DNA from: a bacterium
Lineage (GTDB): Bacteria; Arandabacterota; Arandabacteria; Arandabacterales; Arandabacteraceae
DNA length: 64,000 nucleotides
Assembly (NCBI GenBank): GCA_029933125.1
Contig: JAOZOU010000004.1
Coordinates: 200,879 to 264,878 of the forward strand
Reading direction: 5' to 3'
Shown here one piece after another: positions 17,433 to 27,334 of this stretch (its first letter is position 1; every line of letters begins with the position of its first letter). The notes beneath the pieces are model-generated. The model was not told the DNA's origin and ran no database searches. It saw only the letters and a program-made list of their open reading frames with translations. Position numbers and translations under genes: made by a program.

Positions 17433-18637
17433 AATGGGTCGGTGAAACGGTAAGGGTTGCAATATCTTCGCTACTTGCGAACAGACTTAGAACACTCCTT
17501 ACGGTTATTGGAGTGATAATCGGTATTGGAACGATAATTGCCATGTTGGCTCTCATTAACGGTATCAATAGATCTGTCCTGACCGAGTTTGAAAGACTTG
17601 GACCAAATGTGATCTTTATAACACTAGAAGAACCAGGATTGCGTGTAGGTTTTTCTGCGGTCAGGAGGAAACGCATAACCTATCGCGAGGTTGAGCAGTT
17701 AAGGCGGAGATGTGATTCTATTGATAAGATGTCGATCATTTCCCAGCAGCGGTCGGTCGTCAGCTATCGTGGAAGAGACAATGTTGTGACCCTTCTGGGC
17801 GTGCAGGCTGATTATGATGAAGTTGCAGCCCTGAGGCTTGCTGAAGGGAGATTCTTCAATGAGGTTGAGGAAAAGGGGTTGAGAAGGTGTGTCTTGGGTG
17901 CTGAGGTTGCCAAGAATTTCTTTGGAAAGGCATCACCACTTGGTAAATTCGTCGAAATAGGGGGACAGCGCTTCAGGATAATTGGAGTCCTGCAAGAGTC
18001 TGGTGTGGTTATGGGAACCAGGTACGATGATGCTGTCTTCATTCCCTATCCCTGGACTAGGGCGATGTTTGGAGAGCGCAGGGATAACTACGTTATGTTG
18101 CTTCCTAATCATGACGTCAATCCCGATGATGCTGTTGAGCATATAAGACTCACACTGCGTTCGATAAGGAAAATACCGCGTGGCTCTGATGACACATTTG
18201 CGATTTCTACTCAGCAGGGAATGCTCGAGACATATAACAAGTTGACAGGTTCAATATACTGGGTTATGAGAATAGTGGCATCAATTGCTCTTCTGGTTAG
18301 TGGTATAGGTATAATGAACATTATGCTGGTCAGTGTGATGGAGAGAACTCGTGAGATAGGTCTGCGTAAGGCTATAGGTGCGAATCGTGCTACTATCGCA
18401 GTCCAATTCCTCATTGAGGCTGTGATTTTGACGAGTATAGGTGGAATTGCTGGAATAGGTTTCGGCTACCTGGTTCGCCTGCTCGTTGGCACTTTGACAC
18501 CCCTACCTGCGAGTGTTCCTCTCTGGGCAATACCGTTTGCTCTCGGGATTTGCTGTGGTATTGGCATCTTTTTTGGACTCTATCCTGCGTTGAGGGCTTC
18601 CGCCCTTGATCCAGTCAAGGCTTTGAGATATGAATGA
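17429..18637 (+). CDS. ABC transporter permease, FtsX/MacB-like (paralog)
   Basis: 402 aa, same architecture (ALLVSGIGIMNIMLVSVMERTREIGLRKAIGA). Confidence 0.75.
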   Translation: MKWVGETVRVAISSLLANRLRTLLTVIGVIIGIGTIIAMLALINGINRSVLTEFERLGPNVIFITLEEPGLRVGFSAVRRKRITYREVEQLRRRCDSIDKMSIISQQRSVVSYRGRDNVVTLLGVQADYDEVAALRLAEGRFFNEVEEKGLRRCVLGAEVAKNFFGKASPLGKFVEIGGQRFRIIGVLQESGVVMGTRYDDAVFIPYPWTRAMFGERRDNYVMLLPNHDVNPDDAVEHIRLTLRSIRKIPRGSDDTFAISTQQGMLETYNKLTGSIYWVMRIVASIALLVSGIGIMNIMLVSVMERTREIGLRKAIGANRATIAVQFLIEAVILTSIGGIAGIGFGYLVRLLVGTLTPLPASVPLWAIPFALGICCGIGIFFGLYPALRASALDPVKALRYE

Positions 18638-19886
18638 CAAACTCTACAGGGTGCCTGTCTTTTTGATAGCGATCTTTCTATGCTCAACGAGTCTTGCTCA
18701 GATAACCTACCTGCCTGCATGCTCATCGCTAACCCCCTTCTTTTGTGTAGATGCGGCATACTTTGTGGAAGATGGTAACTGTGTGGTTGAGACCTTCTTT
18801 GAGATCTGTAACGAAGGTCTGCAGTTCGTCAAAACCGATGGAGGCTTCAAGGGGCAGGTGGATGTCTCTGTTGTCATCATGGATGATAAGGATCGTCAGG
18901 TGGCTGGCGATACATATCGCCTTAGATTGTATGCTTCCAAGTATGACGAGACAACATCGGTGGATTCCTGTCGAACCAAGGTATTGAGACTTAAGGTGAG
19001 GCCTGGGAAGTTTAGGCTGATCGTTAAAGCGTATGATAACGACTCGAGGGCTAAAAGCGTTATCGAGGGACTCTTGACAGTGCCTGACATGGACAGCCTT
19101 CCTACCCTGAGTGATCTCGTCCTTTTGAAGCCAAGTGAACATCCTGGTGGAAAACGTTGGGGCAATTATGTTCCCGCGGTTAGGAGGAAACTCAATGTAA
19201 GCGAGGAAAAAACTGCTCTCTATTATGAGGTGTATTGTCATGACTACGGGGATTCGCTTACCCTGAGGCAGACAATATCAGATAAGAATGGCAAAGCGCT
19301 TGTCAGGCATGAAAAGCATATCTTCGGAGCGGGCAAGGTCGTCGAGCTTTCAGATCTGGGGGTGGATTCGCTCTCCAACGGACATTATGAGCTCGAAGTG
19401 GTCTTGGCAAGAAGCGATGGCTCAGTTGTGTGTAAGCGGCAAAAGGAATTCGAAGTTTTCTCAGAAGCCTTCTACTTCGACAGGGATGTTGAGGGTGCGG
19501 TCGCACTTTTAACATATATAGCGAGCGGCAGCTTCATAGACGCCTTTGAGAAGGCAGATGCTGAGGAACGTAAGCGGCTCTGGGAGGAGTTCTGGCGGGA
19601 AAAAGATCCCACTCCGCAGACTCCTAAAAACGAATTCTATGAGGAGCACGTGCGCAGATTTAGTTACGCGAATCAGCACTTTGCCACTTCGATGACCGAG
19701 GGTTGGAGGACAGATCGTGGTAGAATCTACATAATCTATGGTGAGCCCGATGAAATCGAAAAGTATCCAGGCGAAGTTAGACGTAAGCCGATGGAGGTTT
19801 GGTACTATTACAGTCGCGGCAAGCGGTTCATTTTCGTAGATGAGACCGGTTTTGGTGACTATGTCCTCGTTGGTCAATATCGCTAA
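18630..19886 (+). CDS. GWxTD-domain protein, secreted (copy 2)
   Basis: Signal peptide. C-terminal EEFWREKDPTPQTPKNEFYEEHVRRFSYANQHF...GWRTDRGRIYIIYGEPDEIE carries the literal GWxTD motif. Overlaps the preceding permease stop by 8 nt. Confidence 0.6.
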   Translation: MNDKLYRVPVFLIAIFLCSTSLAQITYLPACSSLTPFFCVDAAYFVEDGNCVVETFFEICNEGLQFVKTDGGFKGQVDVSVVIMDDKDRQVAGDTYRLRLYASKYDETTSVDSCRTKVLRLKVRPGKFRLIVKAYDNDSRAKSVIEGLLTVPDMDSLPTLSDLVLLKPSEHPGGKRWGNYVPAVRRKLNVSEEKTALYYEVYCHDYGDSLTLRQTISDKNGKALVRHEKHIFGAGKVVELSDLGVDSLSNGHYELEVVLARSDGSVVCKRQKEFEVFSEAFYFDRDVEGAVALLTYIASGSFIDAFEKADAEERKRLWEEFWREKDPTPQTPKNEFYEEHVRRFSYANQHFATSMTEGWRTDRGRIYIIYGEPDEIEKYPGEVRRKPMEVWYYYSRGKRFIFVDETGFGDYVLVGQYR

Positions 19887-20655
19887 GGATTGCTACTCCC
19901 AATCGTATGTTCGCCTTCCCGTTGCGAGTCTGAGAGCAAAGCCAAACAGACAGGCTGAGCTGATTTCTCAGGAGGTGGTAGGAAGAAGGGTAGAGATTCT
20001 CAGGTGCAGAGGCGATTGGCTAAAATGTCGCTTGAGGGATGGTTATCTTGGATGGCTACCCAGAAGGGCTGTTGCGGTGGATCCCGATTTTATGGCAAGC
20101 CACTTTGTAGTCTCACGCTTTGTTCGTATGCGATCCACTTGCGGAAAGGTGATACTGCCCCTTGGAAGTGTAGTAAAGGCGAAAAGATCGGGAAAATCCT
20201 ATGAGATCTACCTTCCCGGAGGTCAGGTTGGATTTATGGAAGCGGGCAAGCTCAGGTCACTTAGATTTCTTCCATTTGATTCCAGCCAGTACAGGAGGCT
20301 AGTTAGGGAAGTTGCTGGAGCTCCTTATCTCTGGGGAGGCAAAACACCTTTCGGATTCGACTGCTCTGGTCTAGTTCAGGTGATTTTTGATCTTATGGGC
20401 GTGATGTTGCCGAGGAACTCACGTGATCAGGCAAGAATTGGAAAGCCTATCGAATCAATCCATAAAGCTCAGGTTCTTGATCTTTTATTCTTCGCACACG
20501 GGGCTAACATCGATCATGTTGCCATCTACCTTGGCGAATTGAGGTTCCTCCATGCATCCGACTGGGTGAAGATTGAGTCATTGAGGGAAGGCGATCCTTG
20601 CTACAGGGGTGACCTGTTGGCCAGCCTAGTTGAGATCAGGAGAACTGTTCTATGA
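19840..20655 (+). CDS. NlpC/P60 (C40) family peptidase with N-terminal SH3-like domain; start may be downstream (e.g. 19861)
   Basis: Catalytic Cys context YLWGGKTPFGFDCSGLVQVIF, followed by a His region (DHVAIYLG). Confidence 0.7.
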   Translation: MRPVLVTMSSLVNIAKDCYSQSYVRLPVASLRAKPNRQAELISQEVVGRRVEILRCRGDWLKCRLRDGYLGWLPRRAVAVDPDFMASHFVVSRFVRMRSTCGKVILPLGSVVKAKRSGKSYEIYLPGGQVGFMEAGKLRSLRFLPFDSSQYRRLVREVAGAPYLWGGKTPFGFDCSGLVQVIFDLMGVMLPRNSRDQARIGKPIESIHKAQVLDLLFFAHGANIDHVAIYLGELRFLHASDWVKIESLREGDPCYRGDLLASLVEIRRTVL

Positions 20656-21689
20656 TCGAATTTCGTCGGGCAGCGATTCTTGCTGAAGGTAGTTTTGGAA
20701 TCCTTACATCCAAAACTGCAGTCTGTCTGGTAAGGTACGTGCCTGATAAGGTCTGCTGCATTATTGATAGCAGCAAACGGGGAAAGCTCGTCGAAGATAT
20801 TCTGGGCTTTGGAGGTGCTATTCCCATCGTTGGGTCAATTGAAGAGGCAATGGAACTGTCTCCTGATACTTTGCTTATTGGTATAGCTCCCAGGGGTGGT
20901 CTCTTGCCAGAGGAGTGGCGCCAGATCATCCTAAGGGCAATCGCCTTCCGGTTGAACATCATAAGTGGACTTCACACCATGCTTACGGAAGATCCCGAAA
21001 TCAGGGAGGCAGCGAGGGGGAAAGGAGTCAGCATTTGGGACATAAGAAAGCCGATAATTCCTGACGGTGTATTGACAGGCAGGCTAGCCAAAAGGGATGG
21101 ACGAGTGATTCTTACCGTCGGATCAGACTCACGAACTGGCAAGATGACCGTTGGCTACGAACTTGTGAAGTACCTCGAGCTCAAAGGTATCAAGGCCGCG
21201 TTTGTTCCAACTGGCCAGACAGGTATCCTCTTGGGAGGCAATGGATATGTTATTGATAGGATTGCCGGTGATTTCATGTCGAGGGTTGTTGAAGATCTCA
21301 CTTATGAAGCTCTCAAGACTGCGGATGTGGTTGTTGTTGAGGGACAGGGTTCTCTTGTTCATCCCGCCTATTCCGGAGTCGCCTTATCCATAATACATGG
21401 GTGCTATCCCGACGCCATGATTTTGTGCCATCAGCCTACACGGAAACACATAGAGGGTTATGGAGTTGAGATACCGCCTCTTGAAGACCTCATCACCCTG
21501 CACGAGACTATTGCGCGACCTGTGTTTGAATCCAAGGTTATTGCGATTGCCGTCAACACCTTTGATCTAACCGAAGTCGAAGCTCTTCACACAATAGAGA
21601 CGATTCATTCCCAAACTCGACTCCCAACGGATGATGTAATTCGCTGGGGTTGGCAGAAGCTCTCTGCAGCCGTGGAGGCGATATTATGA
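20652..21689 (+). CDS. DUF1611-domain protein (partner of dipeptide epimerases)
   Basis: 345 aa with Rossmann-like N-terminal and P-loop-like C-terminal halves. Classic overlap (ATGA) with the downstream Ala-Glu epimerase. Confidence 0.65.
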   Translation: MIEFRRAAILAEGSFGILTSKTAVCLVRYVPDKVCCIIDSSKRGKLVEDILGFGGAIPIVGSIEEAMELSPDTLLIGIAPRGGLLPEEWRQIILRAIAFRLNIISGLHTMLTEDPEIREAARGKGVSIWDIRKPIIPDGVLTGRLAKRDGRVILTVGSDSRTGKMTVGYELVKYLELKGIKAAFVPTGQTGILLGGNGYVIDRIAGDFMSRVVEDLTYEALKTADVVVVEGQGSLVHPAYSGVALSIIHGCYPDAMILCHQPTRKHIEGYGVEIPPLEDLITLHETIARPVFESKVIAIAVNTFDLTEVEALHTIETIHSQTRLPTDDVIRWGWQKLSAAVEAIL

Positions 21690-22699
21690 GAATTGAGGGA
21701 AAGATATATGACTTGGTTCTTGAAGTTCCCTTTGCCATCGCAAGGAATACCACATCCAGGCATTCGATCTGCATCGCTGAAATTCAATTTGAAGGCTTTG
21801 TTGGCTATGGAGAGGCTTCTCCATCAGGCTACTACGGCGATAGTACTGAGAAGGCAATGCTTGCTATCAATGGAGCAGGTAAGCTTCTTGAGGATCCATT
21901 TGCCATGGAGAAGATAAGCCGTGCCTTATTAGAGAATTTCCCGGATAGTCCGTCTGGGAGAGCTGCAATAGAGATTGCCCTTTATGATCTCCTTGGTAAG
22001 GTTACCAATCAACCCGTGTACAGGCTTTTGGGACTGGCAGGTATGGATCCGCCCATGACGTCGTATACTGTTGGCGTAGAAGATGTGGCTATAGCGGAGC
22101 GGCGTCTGGAGGTCCTGCGGCAGTACCCAATTCTCAAGGTGAAGCTGGGTTTTGGAGATGAGCTGCGCCTGCTTGAGCTTTTAAGCAGCGAGACCAATGC
22201 AAGGTTGAGGGCCGATGCCAACGAGGGCTGGCAACTCGATGAAGCGATAGAGAAAATAAACTCCTATGGCGAACGCTTTAATATCGAGTTCTTCGAACAG
22301 CCCTTACCCAAGAACCAAAGGGAGAACTATCGAAAGCTCAAGCGTGAAACCCGCGCAACGATAATTGTTGACGAAAGCGTCGTGACACCAAGCGATATTC
22401 TCGAGTGGGCAGATATAGTTGATGGAATCAACATAAAGCTCATGAAATGTGGAGGTATAGCACAGGCACTCAAGATGATATGGACAGCAAAATCAGCAGG
22501 TCTCAAGGTCATGCTTGGTTGTATGATTGAAAGTTCTGTGGGCATAACAGCGGCGGCTCATTTAGCTCCTCTTGTAGAGTATTGCGATCTCGATGGCAAT
22601 CTTCTCATCACAAATGATCCCTTCACAGGCGTCAAAGCTGTTCGAGGCATCCTAGGCCTTCCTACGAGCCCCGGTTTGGGTGTGAAACCAACCATCTAA
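21686..22699 (+). CDS. dipeptide (L-Ala-D/L-Glu) epimerase, enolase superfamily
   Basis: Enolase-superfamily pattern (KVKLGF...KLMKCGGI...MIESSVG). Start set to ATG 21686, which overlaps the DUF1611 stop. Confidence 0.75.
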   Translation: MRIEGKIYDLVLEVPFAIARNTTSRHSICIAEIQFEGFVGYGEASPSGYYGDSTEKAMLAINGAGKLLEDPFAMEKISRALLENFPDSPSGRAAIEIALYDLLGKVTNQPVYRLLGLAGMDPPMTSYTVGVEDVAIAERRLEVLRQYPILKVKLGFGDELRLLELLSSETNARLRADANEGWQLDEAIEKINSYGERFNIEFFEQPLPKNQRENYRKLKRETRATIIVDESVVTPSDILEWADIVDGINIKLMKCGGIAQALKMIWTAKSAGLKVMLGCMIESSVGITAAAHLAPLVEYCDLDGNLLITNDPFTGVKAVRGILGLPTSPGLGVKPTI

Positions 22700-22807
22700 C
22701 AGGTCCCGACGTGTAAATTCTGCTAAAGAATGCAAACCCTCGGTCGATAGACACCTAGGAAACGTCAGTCAAGAGGTCCTGTATCTTTGTTGGAGGAGAG
22801 GTGTAAC

Positions 22808-25411
22808 ATGCGAAAACTTACTCCTATCTTTATGGTCGTATTGTGGCTCGCTTTCGCCTGTGGTCTCCAAGCGGGAACAACAGGGAAGATCGCAGGTATG
22901 GTAATTGATGCCGAAACCGGTGAGCCCCTCACTGCGGTAAACGTCACTGTCGAAGGTACGCATCTAGGTGGAATCAGCAACCTCGAAGGGCTTTATCACA
23001 TCGTAAATGTTCCACCTGGTACCTATTCAGTCAAGGCTTCAATGATGGGCTATCAGCCTCTTGTGGTTGATGGAGTTGTTGTCAATGCTGATTTCACAAC
23101 AACAGTTGATTTCCAGCTTGACCCCACAGTACTCGAGGTTGTTCCCGAAATTGTGGTTACAGCTGAGAGGCCGATGATAAGAAAAGACATGACTTCATCA
23201 ATCAGCGTGGTTGAGCATGATGAAATATCCATGCTTCCCATTGAGTCGCCCTTCGACATAGTCAGCTTCCAGGCAGGTGCTGCGCTTGATCGCAGGGGTA
23301 TCCATATCCGTGGAGGACGTGAGACTGAGATATCCTATGCCATCAACGGGGCGACAATTCTTGATCCTATTTTCTCGAGAGCTTCTGCGAGCTATGACGA
23401 ATCTGCAATTCAAGAAATGGTCATCCTGAGTGGGGGATTCACTCCAGAGTATGGAAATGCTCAATCAGGTATAGTGAATGTCATCACCAAAGAGGGTGGA
23501 CCGACTTTCAAGGGAGAAGTTGAAAAGCAATTCTATCTTCCTCTTGAGACCCTTTGGCAGGCTGCTGACGATGCGAAGAAGTATGACACGGGTTACAATA
23601 CAACCAAGCTTACCCTCAGCGGTCCAACCCCTTGGACAGATAAGCTGAGGTATTTCATCTCAGGTGAAACTTCCAAGTGGGACGATTGGGATCCCCATGT
23701 CTATGTTCTCCCCAATCAAGGTCGTGATCTCGATCAGGTCATCTGGAAGGTTACAGGCTTCCCTGGCCACAATGTCAAGCTCTTCAGTGAGGGACTTTTC
23801 TACTACACCAAGTTCAGGGTTTGGGATGCTCAGCGCCAGAAGATACCCGAGACCTTCCTTCAGTATAAGAGAAAAACACTTGTCAATCTCGTTGGCATGA
23901 GCCATATGGTAAGCCCGAGTACATATTATGATGTCTCCCTGTCGAGGTTTTCCACTTCCTATCATGTTGCTCAGCCAGGCAAGTGGTATGATATGAGCAA
24001 ATCCCAGGAGTGGAACACCACTCCTGCCGAGGAAGGCGGTGGTGGCTTAGATCTTCAGCCAGAATATGATGAGGACAACTTCATCGTAGCTGGAGATAAT
24101 CCCCTCTTTCATGACTCACAATCCACTGTTTATGGTTTCAGGGCAAGCCTTACAAGCCAGGTGAATGAACACCATCAACTCAAGGTCGGTGGTGAGGTTG
24201 ATCTCTACGACTCACGTCATCAGGAGGTCTATGCTCCAGCAGGTAACATCTACAGGAACGACTACAGGGTAACTCCAAGGTACTATGTTGGCTATCTACA
24301 GGATAAGATTGAGTACAGCGGGCTCATTGTAAACACAGGTCTTAGGCTGGATGTTTTTGATCCCAACTTTAAGTATCCTTCGGATCCAATCTATCCCTGG
24401 GATCCTTCAATACAGGTCCCTGGACCCGAGTGTGGAGGTCCGGACAATACCGAGCCTCCTCTTTGGAAGCTTAAAGACGCATCTGTTAAACTTCAGGTTA
24501 GCCCGCGTCTTGGTATTTCTCACCCTGTCTCCGAGAGAACCGTGCTTCACTTCACCTATGGCCACTACTTCCAGGTTCCGGCTTTCCGCTATCTGTACAC
24601 CAATACCAAGTACGACATGGGCGGGCATTGGCCGCTCATAGGTAACCCCAATCTTAAGCCGGAAAGAACCGTTTCCTACGAGGTTGGGCTTGAGCATCTG
24701 ATTGCTGAGGACCTCATGATAGACCTTACAGGTTTCTACAAGGACATTTATGATCTCATCTCAACTGTTGTGATAAATGATAGTCGTGATTCCGATACCC
24801 CACCCGATGCAACCGAGTACACAACCTACCGTAATACAGACTGGGGCAATGCGAGAGGCTTCGAGGTCACACTTCAGAAGAAGTTCAGAGAGGACTGGAT
24901 GGGAAGGCTCATCTATACTTTCATGGTTGCAAAGGGTAGAAGCTCGGATGTTCTCGAGGGCTACAGAAATCGCTTTGAGGGGAATGTACCACCTTCCAAG
25001 GAATATTATCTGGATTGGGATAGAAGGCACAATATAGTTGTCGACCTGGGCTACGGCAGGCGCGACAACTGGTCAGTGAATGTTCTCGTCAAATATGCCT
25101 CAGGTTCACCATATACTCCTGTTGAAAATACCAGGTCCGCTCAACCCGAGCAGAATACCGCAAGATTCCCTTCAACGTCCGTGGTCAATCTCAAGCTCTC
25201 CAAGGATTTCAATCTCTTTAACATGAGGGAGCAGGTTTTCCTGCAGGTTGAAAATCTCTTCAACAAGCGCAACCTTGTTGCCTTCGATGATGACAATACC
25301 GATCTGATGCGTCACCTGAGACTAACCGGTGAATATACCGGACCTTTCAATGATGTAACTGTCTATGGAGCACCGAGAGAGATAAAAGGAGGCATTAGAG
25401 TGCAGTTTTAG
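22808..25411 (+). CDS. TonB-dependent outer-membrane transporter with CarbopepD_reg-like N-domain (module copy 2)
   Basis: Paralog of 3036-5738. Signal peptide, GKIAGMVIDAETGEPL...GTYSVKASMMGY, plug (IHIRGGRETEI...SGIVNVITKEG), and a C-terminus ending in an aromatic residue (GIRVQF). Start moved to ATG 22808, which has SD GGAGGAGAGG upstream. Confidence 0.8.
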   Translation: MRKLTPIFMVVLWLAFACGLQAGTTGKIAGMVIDAETGEPLTAVNVTVEGTHLGGISNLEGLYHIVNVPPGTYSVKASMMGYQPLVVDGVVVNADFTTTVDFQLDPTVLEVVPEIVVTAERPMIRKDMTSSISVVEHDEISMLPIESPFDIVSFQAGAALDRRGIHIRGGRETEISYAINGATILDPIFSRASASYDESAIQEMVILSGGFTPEYGNAQSGIVNVITKEGGPTFKGEVEKQFYLPLETLWQAADDAKKYDTGYNTTKLTLSGPTPWTDKLRYFISGETSKWDDWDPHVYVLPNQGRDLDQVIWKVTGFPGHNVKLFSEGLFYYTKFRVWDAQRQKIPETFLQYKRKTLVNLVGMSHMVSPSTYYDVSLSRFSTSYHVAQPGKWYDMSKSQEWNTTPAEEGGGGLDLQPEYDEDNFIVAGDNPLFHDSQSTVYGFRASLTSQVNEHHQLKVGGEVDLYDSRHQEVYAPAGNIYRNDYRVTPRYYVGYLQDKIEYSGLIVNTGLRLDVFDPNFKYPSDPIYPWDPSIQVPGPECGGPDNTEPPLWKLKDASVKLQVSPRLGISHPVSERTVLHFTYGHYFQVPAFRYLYTNTKYDMGGHWPLIGNPNLKPERTVSYEVGLEHLIAEDLMIDLTGFYKDIYDLISTVVINDSRDSDTPPDATEYTTYRNTDWGNARGFEVTLQKKFREDWMGRLIYTFMVAKGRSSDVLEGYRNRFEGNVPPSKEYYLDWDRRHNIVVDLGYGRRDNWSVNVLVKYASGSPYTPVENTRSAQPEQNTARFPSTSVVNLKLSKDFNLFNMREQVFLQVENLFNKRNLVAFDDDNTDLMRHLRLTGEYTGPFNDVTVYGAPREIKGGIRVQF

Positions 25412-25426
25412 GACTGGAGGTTGGAA

Positions 25427-27313
25427 ATGAGAGCAATATGTGCCTATTTGATTATTATCTCAGTGCTGAGTGTTTCGACAACTGCCTTAGCCTGGGATGC
25501 GGACGCAGTCTCTAAGTTTGGCCCCCCGACATCGCAAAACCGCGAACGCGCCCTTGCCGCCGCTCCCTGTATTTCAGCTACTTCGAGATACACCATAGGT
25601 GACCTTTGGTTTCCCCAGATCTACACAGTTGGCTTGTGCCTCTACACGGGTTACTATCCTGGGTCATCTAATAACATGCAGATTTTTCAGACGGGCCCAT
25701 GGATGGGGGGCTATGCCGAGGATGGCGGAGGTGAACCCTGGACAGCGATCGGAACATTCGATCAGCTTGACTTCCTCATGTATGACAGCATCTGCAGCGG
25801 ATTCAATGTCTCAGAACCAGGGCAGAGCTCTGTCGATGTGGAAAGCACCTTCGATACTGCCTATTCACCACGCGATCTTGGCGTGGTTGTCACTCTTCGC
25901 TACATGATGTGGGACGATCCGAGGCTTGACGACTGTATCGTCATAAAGGCTGGAATTAAGTTCAGAAAGGCTATTGAGGATTTCTGGTTTGGATGGATGT
26001 CTGACTGTGACATCGGCAACAATGATTTGCCTGACTACTACTACGATGATCTCGTTGGCTATGATGAGACGAGAGGCGTTGCCTACATGTATGACGATGA
26101 CGGTGACCCAGCAATTGCTACAGATGCTAAGAGCAAATTGCTTTCCTCGGCACATGTCGGACAGGTTCTTCTGTCCGCACCGCCTCCCGGTGGAAGCATA
26201 CATGTGCCACCTGCAACCAATGTTTCCTGGGAGACATTTGCATGGTGGGACTGGAATAATGATGTGACAGGTGATGCGGCTGCCTACGAAAGAATGTGCC
26301 GGGGAACGATTAGCCCATATCCGCCCGAGGTACCCTTCGATTACAGGATGATGACCGCTGTTGGTCCTTACGATGTCGAAGCCGGTGATTCAGCAACATT
26401 CTACATCGCACTCGTTTTTGGAGAAGGTCTCGATGCCGAATACTGGGCACGCCGGAGCAAGATAGGTGGCGAGGTTTCCGACATGGGCTCACTGATCGAG
26501 CATGTTGAGAACATCAAAGATTTCTTTGCCTCCGGTCTTGTACTTGCTGATCCGGCGCCTCATCCGCCGATTCTTGAGGATCCACGCCTCAACGGAAGAA
26601 AGGCGACCCTGAGCTGGGAATCGGTTTCTGAAGAGGATGACGACTTCGCAGGCTACAGAGTGTATCGAAGCCTTGTCTCGAATGTTGGGCCTTGGGATCT
26701 TCTCGCTGACTTTGCTGGTAGACCTTTTGTTCACACCTATGAAGATACACTAAGAATTGGATTCCCAACTTTCTACCTTGTCACAGCATATGATTTGGGT
26801 GGAAACGAATCCAATAAGGGCAGTGCTGTAACAAAGACCCTCGGAGGAATCTATGCTACCACTGTGCCTTCAGACTATGAGGGTGACTGTGAAAGTCTTT
26901 GCGAGGATCAGTGCCAGGATTGTCAGGAATGCTATGATCAATGCCTTGAGAAATGTATGCAGGCAAAGCGAGCAGCAGCCCTTGACAAAATCCTGGTAGC
27001 ACCTAACCCCTACAGAGGAAGCGCAGATTGGGAAAGGCTTGATTACGAGGGGCGTATTGCGTTCTACAATCTCCCCAGGCGTTGCACAATTTATATCTAC
27101 ACGATAACTGGTGAACTCGTTGACGTCGTATATCACAACATGCCTGGTGATGATACACCCGATCCTGAGGAAAGTGAAACAGGTGGTGAAAGGTGGGACA
27201 TGATTACCTCAAATGGGCAATCGATTGCCAGTGGCATATACATCTATCGAGTTACAAGTCCAGAATATGGTGAGAAAATCGGTAAGTTTGCGGTCATAAG
27301 AGGTGAACGCTAA
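25427..27313 (+). CDS. secreted acidic protein with Fn3-like domain, Cys-rich segment and T9SS C-terminal sorting domain (module copy 2 cargo)
   Basis: Signal peptide and shared motifs with 5762-7900 (DCDIG/DADIG, YMYDDDGD/YMYDYPGGDDGD). Fn3-like segment (GYRVYRS...FYLVTAYDLGGNES), Cys cluster CESLCEDQCQDCQECYDQCLEKC, and CTD (LVAPNPYRG...TIYIYTITGELV...GIYIYRVTS...KFAVIRGER). Confidence 0.7.
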   Translation: MRAICAYLIIISVLSVSTTALAWDADAVSKFGPPTSQNRERALAAAPCISATSRYTIGDLWFPQIYTVGLCLYTGYYPGSSNNMQIFQTGPWMGGYAEDGGGEPWTAIGTFDQLDFLMYDSICSGFNVSEPGQSSVDVESTFDTAYSPRDLGVVVTLRYMMWDDPRLDDCIVIKAGIKFRKAIEDFWFGWMSDCDIGNNDLPDYYYDDLVGYDETRGVAYMYDDDGDPAIATDAKSKLLSSAHVGQVLLSAPPPGGSIHVPPATNVSWETFAWWDWNNDVTGDAAAYERMCRGTISPYPPEVPFDYRMMTAVGPYDVEAGDSATFYIALVFGEGLDAEYWARRSKIGGEVSDMGSLIEHVENIKDFFASGLVLADPAPHPPILEDPRLNGRKATLSWESVSEEDDDFAGYRVYRSLVSNVGPWDLLADFAGRPFVHTYEDTLRIGFPTFYLVTAYDLGGNESNKGSAVTKTLGGIYATTVPSDYEGDCESLCEDQCQDCQECYDQCLEKCMQAKRAAALDKILVAPNPYRGSADWERLDYEGRIAFYNLPRRCTIYIYTITGELVDVVYHNMPGDDTPDPEESETGGERWDMITSNGQSIASGIYIYRVTSPEYGEKIGKFAVIRGER

Positions 27314-27334
27314 TCTCGGTTAGGAGGTTGGATC

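Noticed and set aside
18729-19241. 170-aa - strand ORF inside the GWxTD gene
   Set aside because: Antisense to a gene with a conserved C-terminal motif. No independent signals.
22700-22807. Bacteroidetes-type promoter (TTG / TAnnTTTG) upstream of TBDT copy 2 (TATCTTTG at about 22782-22789)
   Set aside because: A -7-like TATCTTTG is present but there is no correctly spaced -33 TTG. The other promoters in the window look sigma-70 canonical, so I did not call it.
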